Virus record (IMG/VR): IMGVR_UViG_3300020042_004316
Coordinates: 1 to 49,753 of that record
Source: a virus
Taxonomy: Duplodnaviria > Caudoviricetes
Reading direction: 5' to 3' (one strand)
DNA length: 49,753 nucleotides
Both the position numbers and the translations under genes were made by a program. The notes under the pieces were generated by a model. That model was not told where the DNA came from. It worked only from the letters and a program-made list of their open reading frames with translations, and did no database searches. Below are positions 38,201-46,415 of this stretch, piece by piece. Position 1 is the stretch's first letter. Each line of letters begins with the position of its first letter.

Positions 38201-38600
38201 TAGCTTGCCATCAATATCTTTATTTATTTTAGGTGAGCCGGCAAGTAAGGCTAATTCCAGACGTGTAGTTAAGTTTGGCAACATGTCCCGCCTGATCAAA
38301 TCAAAGAAGGCGCTTAACTATTCAGAGGAGTTCCGTGCCCAGTGCCCACGGTTGGGACGGTTAATGGACGGTGACCTTAGGGTAACCATGCGTATCTATT
38401 ACGCAACAAGGCGTCCCGACTTAGACGAGAGCCTGATCCTTGACCTTATGCAAGGTCTTATATATGAGAACGACCGTCAGGTAAAAGAACGCCATACCTA
38501 CTGGGGACTTGACCCAGCTAGTCCTAGGGCAGAAATCATTGTTGACCAGTTACCAACAGAGCAAAAAAAACCCCGCACGAAGCGGGGAAAGAAGGAGTAG
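38179..38600 (+). CDS. rusA: RusA-like Holliday junction resolvase
   Basis: GEPASKANS, RPDLDE, D...G..YENDRQV catalytic aspartates; start uncertain (38160 or 38179). Confidence 0.7.
38563..38587 (-). terminator. Leftward Rho-independent terminator overlapping the rusA 3' end
   Basis: Minus strand reads CCCCGC-ttcgt-GCGGGG followed by T8. Confidence 0.6.
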
Positions 38601-38802
38601 ACAACTGCGCTCCTGAAAGCCCAGCGGTTGTAGTTTAAACCATTTTCCTATTGCTGTGTTGTCGCTGCCTGTAGTTTTTCTGGCAAGCTCACCAGATGAG
38701 CTATACCCCGTTTAAACGCTACGGCCTCCCGCTTTTCCCGCTCGCTGCAATCCGGGACGACTGGAAAATCCGGGAAAAGCCTGTTTAAACGCATAAAAAT
38801 AG

Positions 38803-38942
38803 CCGCCGCGTAGCAATCGTAGCCCGCCGCGTAGCAATCGTAGCAAAACCGGCAATAAGTACTTATTCATGTCCTTCATGTCCTGCATGTCCTAAACAGG
38901 CCGTTTAAACGCCTAAGATGTCTAAGATGACTAAGATGTCTA
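38803..38942. repeat. Short tandem repeat cluster (candidate replication origin)
   Basis: CCGCCGCGTAGCAATCGTAGC x2 (38803, 38824); palindrome AATAAGTACTTATT (38854-38867); CATGTCCT x3 (38868, 38877, 38886); CTAAGATG x3 (38913, 38922, 38931). Confidence 0.8.
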
Positions 38943-38994
38943 TAGAGTTCACCCCCTCGATGGAGACACTACTGAAAATATATTTTGGTACCGC

Positions 38995-39025
38995 TTGACA
39001 CGGATTGAAATAATGTGCTTATAAT
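38995..39025 (+). promoter_or_regulatory. Putative rightward sigma70 promoter
   Basis: TTGACA 38995-39000, 19-bp spacer, TATAAT 39020-39025, immediately before a structured RNA. Confidence 0.55.
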
Positions 39026-39030
39026 AAAAA

Positions 39031-39135
39031 CTGTTGCCGTAGGAAGCGACCGTTATTGAAGCCGTTTACTCATGCCCTTGCCCTTGGTTTAATCCGTAGG
39101 GTTCCTACCGAGGGCAGTAGTAAACGGCTTTTTTA
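39031..39135 (+). ncRNA. Structured RNA / leader with loop-loop pseudoknot and terminator-like end
   Basis: Hairpin GTTGC/GCGAC with loop CGTAGGAA; long stem AAGCCGTTTACT/AGTAAACGGCTT plus TGCCCT/AGGGCA; internal TTCCTAC complementary to GTAGGAA; T-run after the stem. Confidence 0.6.
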
Positions 39136-39417
39136 TTGTCCCTACACAACCGTACTCCGCACGTTAGTAAGACTTCATCCTGAGGGCGCGGAAGAAAAGG
39201 GTACACGGTACGTCTATGACTAGGGGGCAGTTCCCGAACAATCCGTGCGACTGGTCTTATCATCAAGTCGAGGGGCATACGGTTAAAACCCGTAGCATGA
39301 TGATGCCGTTAGGCGGTGAAACACCTTCTCCTTCTTGCTCCACGCCGTGGGGTAGGGGGGTCTTTGGGTGAAAAACAATGAAAAGCCCCGCAAAGGGGCG
39401 TTTAACGAAGGAGTGAC

Positions 39418-39888
39418 ATGGACGTTCATAACAAAGAGAATTTCAAGAGGTTCGTTGAGCATTTAGACGCAAGCCATAACGGTGTATGGAACGTGGCTAG
39501 TTGGCTTAACAGTAAGGGTTATTCAGTGACTATCCCGCCCACCACGGTGGCAAAATCCTACGAAGATAGGATGAACCATGTAGACGGTGGCGATTTATTT
39601 ATCCAACAACGCATTGAGGTTAAGACCCTAGGGATTAACTTTACATGTAGAGAAGATTGGAAATTTGGTGACAAGTTCATAGTCTGCGCAAAGCATTCCT
39701 ATGACAACGCAACACCAAAGCCATACGGCTACATCATCCAAAGTGCAGACATGAAACACATTGCTGTTGTTCACTCATCGACATTTAAACAATGGAACGT
39801 TGAGAAGCGGAATGATTCCCGCTACGTTGAATATGCGCAAGAGTTTTATCTGTGCCCAATCGATCTCGTTAAGTTTTTTAAAGTCTAA
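39418..39888 (+). CDS. PD-(D/E)xK-like hypothetical protein
   Basis: DGGDL....RIEVK motif; AAGGAG RBS. Confidence 0.6.
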   Translation: MDVHNKENFKRFVEHLDASHNGVWNVASWLNSKGYSVTIPPTTVAKSYEDRMNHVDGGDLFIQQRIEVKTLGINFTCREDWKFGDKFIVCAKHSYDNATPKPYGYIIQSADMKHIAVVHSSTFKQWNVEKRNDSRYVEYAQEFYLCPIDLVKFFKV

Positions 39889-39903
39889 AGGGGGAGAACT
39901 ATC

Positions 39904-40146
39904 ATGCCAAGAGATTACCGTAAAGAATATGACAACTACCAAGGAAAACCGGAGCAACTAAAGAATCGGGCTGAGCGAAACAAGGCACGATCCGACCTAG
40001 TGAAGAAAGGTGTAAACGTTGCCGGCAAAGATGTAGCGCACGTCAAGGCGCTGTCCAAAGGAGGAAGCAACAAGACCGGCGTGCGTGTTGAGCCGGCCTC
40101 CAAGAACCGATCATTTAAACGCAAGTCTGACGGGAGCATGAAATGA
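39904..40146 (+). CDS. Small HNH-like protein
   Basis: RDY.KEY...R..RN.AR...GKDVAH.KALSKGGSN...NRS pattern. Confidence 0.6.
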   Translation: MPRDYRKEYDNYQGKPEQLKNRAERNKARSDLVKKGVNVAGKDVAHVKALSKGGSNKTGVRVEPASKNRSFKRKSDGSMK

Positions 40147-40397
40147 CCCGACAAGACATAGCAGATATGTACGGTGATGAACTGCTCTTCATCGACCCTG
40201 AGAAGTTTGACAAATGCATCATAGGTGTTGCCACTCGTTGTGGCATACCGTCCTCCGTTGTGTATGACAAGGATGAACTCATCAAGGTTTACATGGACGA
40301 AGGCATGACAATGGAAGACGCACTTGAATTCATTTCATACAACGTTGAAGGTGCGTATGTTGGAGAAACGACCCCGCTAATCATGGAGCGGATATGA
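40143..40397 (+). CDS. Conserved small phage protein
   Basis: FD.CIIG...VVYD...GMT.EDA.EF..YN..GAYVGE.TP; ATGA coupling on both sides. Confidence 0.7.
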   Translation: MTRQDIADMYGDELLFIDPEKFDKCIIGVATRCGIPSSVVYDKDELIKVYMDEGMTMEDALEFISYNVEGAYVGETTPLIMERI

Positions 40398-42073
40398 ACT
40401 TAGATCATGTAGATTTCAACGAACACGCACGCATAGCCTGTCCCGAATGCTCGGACGATAGGAAGAAGTCAACATCAAAAGACATGACCCTGACCCGTAA
40501 GCCTAACGGGGCAATCATGTATCACTGCCACCATTGCCTCACTAGCGGGCTTGTCAGTCCAACAACACAACCTAGGGAGAATAAATTGTCCGCTGTACCC
40601 AACGTAGCAATCACAAATAATAAATTGCAGGAACATCACTATGCGTGGTTGTTTAAACGAGGGATATCCCAGCAGACCGCAGACAAAATGAAGTTGTTCG
40701 CTGCCGATAAGTTTTTCAGCAAACTGGGCAAGACATCTGAAGCGATTGGTTTTCCGTACTACAGGAATGGCGCACTCGTAGCCGTGAAGTACCGCTCGTT
40801 CCCTGAGAAAGACTTTACACAGGACTCAGGCGGGGCACATGATTTCTTTGGCATAGACCTCGTTGAGAAGGGTAAGCCCATCATCATTGTTGAGGGTGAG
40901 ATAGACGCACTAACAGTTATGGAATGTGGAATAGAGAATGTGGTGTCCGTGCCTAGCGGTGCTCCCATCAAAGTTGCTGACGGTAAGGTTCTACCAAGCG
41001 AAGACAAGAAGTTTGCTTATGTATGGAACGCAAGAGAGGTCATTGAGTCAGCACCATACATCGTATTAGCCACCGACCAAGACTCAGCGGGTCAGGCACT
41101 AGCCGAAGAGTTAGCCCGAAGGATTGGTAAAGACAAGTGCCGTATTGCGAAGTTCAGCAAGAAGGATTTAAATGAGGTTTTACTTGATGACCCCACTCGG
41201 CATAGTGTCAGGGATATCATAGACAAGGCAACCCCGTACCCCATAGCGGGACTCTCGGATGCTGGCATTTACTTTGACCGTTTAAACGACCTCTTCAACA
41301 AGGGTACGGGAAAGGGATTCTCAACAGGTTATACCTCCGTAGATAGCGTTTACACGGTAGCACCAAGCCAACTCACAGTCGTCACGGGGTATCCGTCGTC
41401 AGGCAAATCAAACTTCATCGATCAGATCATGGTCAACCTAGCCAAAGCATCGGATTGGAAGTTCGCTGTGTGCTCGTTTGAGAATCAACCGGAGATTCAT
41501 ATCTCTAGGCTCATGGAGATTTACACCAAGAAAAGATTCTTTGACGGCAAAGATCGTATGTCAGAGTGGGAGAAACAGGATGCGTTTAAATGGGTACAGG
41601 AGCACTTCTTATTCATCGACACCAACGGTGAAGAACCTTCAACACTGGACTCAATCCTAGACCGTGCACGTATTGCAGTTAAACGTATGGGGGTGCGTGG
41701 GTTGGTCATCGATCCCTACAACTACATAGAGTTAGACAAGAGCAACTCCACAGAGACCGAAGCCATTAGTCAAATGCTGACCAAGGTGCAGAAGTTTGTA
41801 AAAACCAACGACGTGCATTGTTGGTTCATTGCTCACCCATCTAAGATTAATCGATCAGGGGTTGAACAGCCCCGACCCGATGGCATGTCAATCAGTGGAT
41901 CGATGGCATGGTGGGCAAAGACCGACTGCGGTATCACCGTGCACCGTCAGGATCAGTGCGTTGAAATCGCTGTGTGGAAATGCCGGCACCGGTGGATTGG
42001 TACGCAAGGGGAAACGACCCTTCTCTACAACAAGACATCGGGTACGTACTCAGAGAACCTAGACCAGTTCTAA
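40394..42073 (+). CDS. Bifunctional DNA primase-helicase (Zn finger + Toprim + SF4 helicase; T7 gp4/Twinkle-like)
   Basis: CPEC...CHHC; IIVEGEIDAL and D.D Toprim motifs; Walker A GYPSSGKS; VIDPYN; AHP. Confidence 0.92.
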   Translation: MNLDHVDFNEHARIACPECSDDRKKSTSKDMTLTRKPNGAIMYHCHHCLTSGLVSPTTQPRENKLSAVPNVAITNNKLQEHHYAWLFKRGISQQTADKMKLFAADKFFSKLGKTSEAIGFPYYRNGALVAVKYRSFPEKDFTQDSGGAHDFFGIDLVEKGKPIIIVEGEIDALTVMECGIENVVSVPSGAPIKVADGKVLPSEDKKFAYVWNAREVIESAPYIVLATDQDSAGQALAEELARRIGKDKCRIAKFSKKDLNEVLLDDPTRHSVRDIIDKATPYPIAGLSDAGIYFDRLNDLFNKGTGKGFSTGYTSVDSVYTVAPSQLTVVTGYPSSGKSNFIDQIMVNLAKASDWKFAVCSFENQPEIHISRLMEIYTKKRFFDGKDRMSEWEKQDAFKWVQEHFLFIDTNGEEPSTLDSILDRARIAVKRMGVRGLVIDPYNYIELDKSNSTETEAISQMLTKVQKFVKTNDVHCWFIAHPSKINRSGVEQPRPDGMSISGSMAWWAKTDCGITVHRQDQCVEIAVWKCRHRWIGTQGETTLLYNKTSGTYSENLDQF

Positions 42074-42095
42074 AAAAAGGGGGCATCAAGCCCCC
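42072..42095 (-). terminator. Rho-independent terminator at the convergence of early genes and primase-helicase
   Basis: GGGGGC/GCCCCC stem with A7 on the left, giving a U-tail for the leftward transcript. Confidence 0.65.
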
Positions 42096-42363
42096 GTAAA
42101 TTTATTTACCCAAACATAAAATTTCTTATGTACCTGCTGTGCGTTTAAACAGGGGTGGGAGGGGGTGGGAAGGGGGGTGGGGGGTTGGGTGATTCGTAGT
42201 ATGCCCCCCTTCATACCTCTCAAAAGTCCCCTTGTCAATGAGTAAACCCAAGGGGGTTAGAGGTCAGTCACATCACCCACGCTAGACCTCCAACTCATAC
42301 CTGCTGTGCGTTTAAACGGTACTGCGGGCCGCTGCTCGATGCTGCTGGTGCGGCCTACTATGT

Positions 42364-42600
42364 TTAAACACTCAATCTGGCACGGTACACGGCTCGGTGC
42401 AATGAATCAAAGCGACCACAAAGTCGGGGCAACCGACCCTTGGTCATCTTGTAAACATCCCATGTGCCGTTGTAGGAAATGTACTTCTCACCCACGCTGA
42501 TAAACCGCTCGTCATTCTGTAGATTGACAAGGTTGTCGTATTTGTATGCGGTCTTTAAAAACATGGGGTCTCTGTTGGTGATGGTCTTAATCGGATGCAT
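42364..42600 (-). CDS. Small early hypothetical protein
   Basis: ORF overlapping its upstream neighbour; last gene of the leftward array. Confidence 0.55.
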   Translation of the reverse strand: MHPIKTITNRDPMFLKTAYKYDNLVNLQNDERFISVGEKYISYNGTWDVYKMTKGRLPRLCGRFDSLHRAVYRARLSV

Positions 42601-42778
42601 CTTCTAGTTCTTCAATATCGTTTTTAACATCGCAATCAAACGAACCATATTCAAAGTCAGTAGAACTTGCCATGACGATTGCCCTTTCGTACGCATGTTC
42701 TTTTGACTCAGCAACCACGGTGTAATGGTGATGGGCGGTGTAGGTTAAGTGAACGTCATATGCTTTCATTTTCTTCAT
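42587..42778 (-). CDS. Small acidic early protein (V.AES.E.A motif)
   Basis: YTVVAESKEHAYERA motif common in phage early proteins. Confidence 0.6.
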   Translation of the reverse strand: MKKMKAYDVHLTYTAHHHYTVVAESKEHAYERAIVMASSTDFEYGSFDCDVKNDIEELEDASD

Positions 42779-42917
42779 CCTTAGTTAGGTTTACCCCGAT
42801 CCTTTTTTGTTCATCCTCAGGCATGTACTGCAAGATTAATTGAACTAGGTACGGTACTTCTGATTCAAACAAGTAGTTAACCAGTGCGTCTCGCTCACGG
42901 TCAGTAAGGTTGGTCAT
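42756..42917 (-). CDS. Small early protein (53 aa, not in ORF track)
   Basis: MTNLTDRERDALVNYLFE...; GGAGG RBS; ATGA coupling. Confidence 0.5.
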   Translation of the reverse strand: MTNLTDRERDALVNYLFESEVPYLVQLILQYMPEDEQKRIGVNLTKDEENESI

Positions 42918-43258
42918 GCGCCCTCCCATTCTGCAAGTACACCCTGCAATGCGTTTAAACGGTCAGTGAAGTTCTCATCGTCGATCATGTCGGGTGCGTT
43001 TTCATGCGCCAACTTAATCGCATCACGCAAGGCAAAGATCAACGCACCGTTAACACTTTCAAAATGCATGCGTGTGTTCTCAATCATGTCTGCTACTTGG
43101 TCTAGGGTATGGTTCTCTACCACTTCCCAAACGTCTATGTCAGGGTGCGTCCATTCCGACTCATCACCCCTCAACATCAAAATAATTTCATCATAGGTTT
43201 TGTCATCAGGAAATTCTGACAACCACTCCATCAAAGCAAATCTTTCAGACTGTTTCAT
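42914..43258 (-). CDS. Acidic early hypothetical protein
   Basis: MKQSERF start after AGGAG. Confidence 0.6.
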   Translation of the reverse strand: MKQSERFALMEWLSEFPDDKTYDEIILMLRGDESEWTHPDIDVWEVVENHTLDQVADMIENTRMHFESVNGALIFALRDAIKLAHENAPDMIDDENFTDRLNALQGVLAEWEGA

Positions 43259-43763
43259 TTTTACTCTCCTTTTGTGCAATTGCCCATAAGTCATCGGCAA
43301 AGTTAATTAAATTTGTACTTAGCAATAGGTCGTTTTTTTCTGCAAGTGACTCCAACATGGCAATCACCTCGCTGTATGGCTTGTCGTTCAAATCACTAAT
43401 CATTTTGTTACTCCTTCTTGAACATAAACATCATCGACCCAACATGCCGTTGCACCGTAGTTACCACGCATTTCCTCACAATCTTTTGTGATGACGTTGG
43501 TGATAATGTCGGACATCGCACTGTCGGGATCATCGATCCCTTCAAACTCAAACACAACTACAACTCTTAACATATCTACTCCTTTAATTAACTATGAAAT
43601 CACGTTGAAATTTTTCAATCAATTGGTTGGCTTGAATTACCAACTCGTCTTTTTCTTTTTGTGTCCTAAGCACTTCACCCCAGACTACCCACGCTAACTC
43701 TTGCATTGTGTTAACAATGAGTCGTTGCATTTCAGTACCACTGACAGAATCTAAATTGTTCAT
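43245..43763 (-). CDS. Three consecutive small early ORFs (43584-43763, 59 aa; 43400-43573, 57 aa; 43245-43403, 52 aa)
   Basis: Hand translation; each has an AGGAG RBS; the first two share an identical AAAGGAGTAGATATG start context. Confidence 0.55.
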
Positions 43764-43784
43764 ATCTACTCCTTTGTTTAAACG

Positions 43785-44003
43785 TTAATGCATCTCATCG
43801 GATTCAGGGTGAAAAAACTTTTCGTAATTCCACGCATATCCAACATGGTCTAAAAATTCCTGACGGTCAAGACGGTTCACAGCATGCAAAACCGCCAACT
43901 TAATCAGGACAGCACCGACTTGGTCACTACCCAACTCCGCATCGGCAATATGCGTTGCTAATTGTTCAAACAACCGCAACATCTTTTTTTCCTCATCATC
44001 CAT
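43785..44003 (-). CDS. Small early hypothetical protein
   Basis: ORF in the leftward array. Confidence 0.55.
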   Translation of the reverse strand: MDDEEKKMLRLFEQLATHIADAELGSDQVGAVLIKLAVLHAVNRLDRQEFLDHVGYAWNYEKFFHPESDEMH

Positions 44004-44071
44004 ACAACCGCCACACGTACAAATCCAACATGATCACCAATACAGCGACCGCATAGACAATACAAATTAAT

Positions 44072-44347
44072 TTAGTCATGGCTCATCCTTTGCATTAGAA
44101 ATTTCATACTCTTACGTGCGTGATCGTCATAACCACGCTTGGCGATATCTTCAAGCACTAGCAACATATCAGGCGCAAAGGATATTAATTTTGCGTGGGC
44201 ACGTTGCGTGGCGATGGGTGTTGATCGACTACTGCAGTCAGCAACTATCATGCTTCCACCAGTAGGGTCTTGCGTCCATACCGTATTTCCCTTTGACCCG
44301 ACAGTCGATGGGACAAACCAGTGCCCCCCTGCTATGTGTTTAAACAT
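44072..44347 (-). CDS. Small early protein (A.LI..AP.ML..L motif)
   Basis: HAKLISFAPDMLLVLE motif common in phage early proteins; start chosen at 44347. Confidence 0.6.
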   Translation of the reverse strand: MFKHIAGGHWFVPSTVGSKGNTVWTQDPTGGSMIVADCSSRSTPIATQRAHAKLISFAPDMLLVLEDIAKRGYDDHARKSMKFLMQRMSHD

Positions 44348-44531
44348 GGGTACGCTCCAGCACACGTATTCCAAAACATGCGCACAAGTATTGATTGGCG
44401 CAGTCTTCCTCATCGATAAACTTATATTCCTCTACCAAGTCCCAATCGTCTTCTTCAGCGTTGTATTCGTAAACTTCCCATGCACCGTTAAGGTCATAGG
44501 GACGTGCTCTATATTCTTTTAATTTATACAT
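44340..44531 (-). CDS. Small acidic early protein
   Basis: MYKLKEYRARP...; overlaps both neighbours by 8 bp. Confidence 0.5.
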   Translation of the reverse strand: MYKLKEYRARPYDLNGAWEVYEYNAEEDDWDLVEEYKFIDEEDCANQYLCACFGIRVLERTHV

Positions 44532-44754
44532 GTGCACCCCCTGTGAAGTCATTCTCGTGGAGCACTGGTTGTTGCATTGCTGTATGAAGGCGCATGAGTA
44601 ACTCTTGCACCTCGCCAATGTCATCACCGCCCATGTATGGATCGCTGTAGCCCTCAGGCTTACCATCCTCGCTGTAGTACACCTCTTTAAAGGTGAAGTA
44701 ATCGTCCCCACCGTTTTCCGATGGGCAATTGATTAGCCTGTGATTCCAATTCAT
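44524..44754 (-). CDS. Conserved small phage protein
   Basis: MNWNHR...EVYY..DG.P pattern. Confidence 0.65.
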   Translation of the reverse strand: MNWNHRLINCPSENGGDDYFTFKEVYYSEDGKPEGYSDPYMGGDDIGEVQELLMRLHTAMQQPVLHENDFTGGAHV

Positions 44755-44764
44755 ATGATTCCCC

Positions 44765-46402
44765 TTATGCTACTAATTTGATTTTGTTGAATGCCATCGC
44801 ACCGATGCTGTGAACATTACGCACGGTAACGTTGTGCTTGTATACGTTGGATACATCCAACTGGATACCTAGACCTATCGTTGTGATACCTAGACGTTCG
44901 CCTGATTCCACTTGCAGTCTTGTATCTACACCGTTGCCCTGACCATCAGTCAATACAAAGCAAACCTTGCGTTGTGCGTTGTGACCGTGCAGTAACTCGT
45001 GTGCATAGCGCACTGCAAAGTAATCGTTGGTACATCCGCCTGACCCGATGTTGCTCAATGCTTTGATGGTCTTCTTAGCGTTGTCTTTAAAACCCTTAGC
45101 CACGCCCACGCTGTCACCAAATGTGAGCAGTGCTGTATCTACACCGGCTCTGTTCAATGCGTCTAACAGGGATGCTGTCGCATTGATGGCGCACTGGATG
45201 GGGCTGTTAGGTATATCGCTGTGGAACATAGAAGATGAAACGTCCAACACGATCACCACTGCTGAATCGATACCTTCAATTTCTAACCTACGTTTAAACA
45301 GGCGATCGTTACCCTGTGCGATTGTGTGCAGTGCACGTGTGTTGATCGATCCGGCTTTGCGGTTGCGTTGGAAGTCATCAGTGCCGGTGTTCTCAAACAT
45401 TTTGCGCACTTCGTAACGTAACTTGGCACCCACGTTTATGTCGGTTCTAAAACCATTACGTGATTCCATGTGCCCACGCTTGGTAATGCCTGATGACGTG
45501 CTGTATGTACCCTCAGCACCAGTACCCTCAGGGGCTTCATTCTTAGGCTCGACTTCACGTGCCTTGCATGGTGTACCGTCTTTTTTCACTGGTGAACATG
45601 CCTTGCCTGTGGGCTTAGGAGCGGGGTTAGTACCCTCACCCTCACCCTTGCCCTGATCGTCGCTTGTAGACCCCTTCTCGTCGGTCTCAGCACCATTGCC
45701 TTGACCCTCACCCTTGCGTGGGAAACCATCAGCACCTTTGCCATCAGGGTTGCCATCCGATGGTTTGTCGCTGTCACGCTGTGGGTTTTGCTTGTCAAGG
45801 TTTTGCAGTTGGTCATACACCCACACTGCGATTGCCAATGTGTCAAATGAATTTTGGACAGTGGTAAGACGTGCACATGCACCGTCAAACACTGGTTGCA
45901 ATCCCTCAGCCAAGGGTAACTTCACGGTTGCGTGTTTACGTGCATAGACAGCCAAAAGGAAAGGGTAACGTGCGGGGTGATGCCACTTGTTGTCCCATCC
46001 GGCTAGTGCATCAGTGCTCATGTTGTCGATCACGCTAGACAAGAGACCTTGCGCATTACCGACTAAACCCTGTGCAATGCATGTGTTCTCGATCCATGCG
46101 TCTTCAATGGCATTGTGCAGTTGATCGATGTACTGGTTGTCACCACGTGCGTCAAAGTCGGTGTACTTTCGGTGCAGTAACTCGTGCAAGATAAAGCCAA
46201 CGTATTTGTCAAAGGTTTTGCGATCAATGATGGCATCGTCAGCCACGTTAGCCAACTCAATGTCACCTCGTGCGTTGATACGTGCTGTGCTGATATCGCC
46301 CCATGACACCGTCACTTGTGGCAAAGCCAACTCAGAACATAACTTGTGGCATGCACCGACAATTGCGATGCGGAATTCATAACCGTTTAAACGTGCTTTC
46401 AT
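44765..46402 (-). CDS. CobT-like protein: N-terminal HExxH peptidase-like domain, charged linker, C-terminal VWA (MIDAS)
   Basis: LHELLH..YT, N..EDA.IE; DVSSSM, GGCT, LTDG MIDAS residues. Confidence 0.85.
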   Translation of the reverse strand: MKARLNGYEFRIAIVGACHKLCSELALPQVTVSWGDISTARINARGDIELANVADDAIIDRKTFDKYVGFILHELLHRKYTDFDARGDNQYIDQLHNAIEDAWIENTCIAQGLVGNAQGLLSSVIDNMSTDALAGWDNKWHHPARYPFLLAVYARKHATVKLPLAEGLQPVFDGACARLTTVQNSFDTLAIAVWVYDQLQNLDKQNPQRDSDKPSDGNPDGKGADGFPRKGEGQGNGAETDEKGSTSDDQGKGEGEGTNPAPKPTGKACSPVKKDGTPCKAREVEPKNEAPEGTGAEGTYSTSSGITKRGHMESRNGFRTDINVGAKLRYEVRKMFENTGTDDFQRNRKAGSINTRALHTIAQGNDRLFKRRLEIEGIDSAVVIVLDVSSSMFHSDIPNSPIQCAINATASLLDALNRAGVDTALLTFGDSVGVAKGFKDNAKKTIKALSNIGSGGCTNDYFAVRYAHELLHGHNAQRKVCFVLTDGQGNGVDTRLQVESGERLGITTIGLGIQLDVSNVYKHNVTVRNVHSIGAMAFNKIKLVA

Positions 46403-46415
46403 TTTCTTACTCCGA

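Noticed and set aside
38803-38942. Possible CRISPR mini-array
   Set aside because: The repeats are directly tandem (9-21 bp) without unique spacers. The Cas4-like gene nearby sits in an exonuclease-annealase-SSB recombination context, with no other cas genes.
39140-39405. tRNA or group I/II intron
   Set aside because: No cloverleaf with a TTC.A T-loop and no recognisable intron core or interrupted gene; kept only as an unclassified structured RNA candidate.
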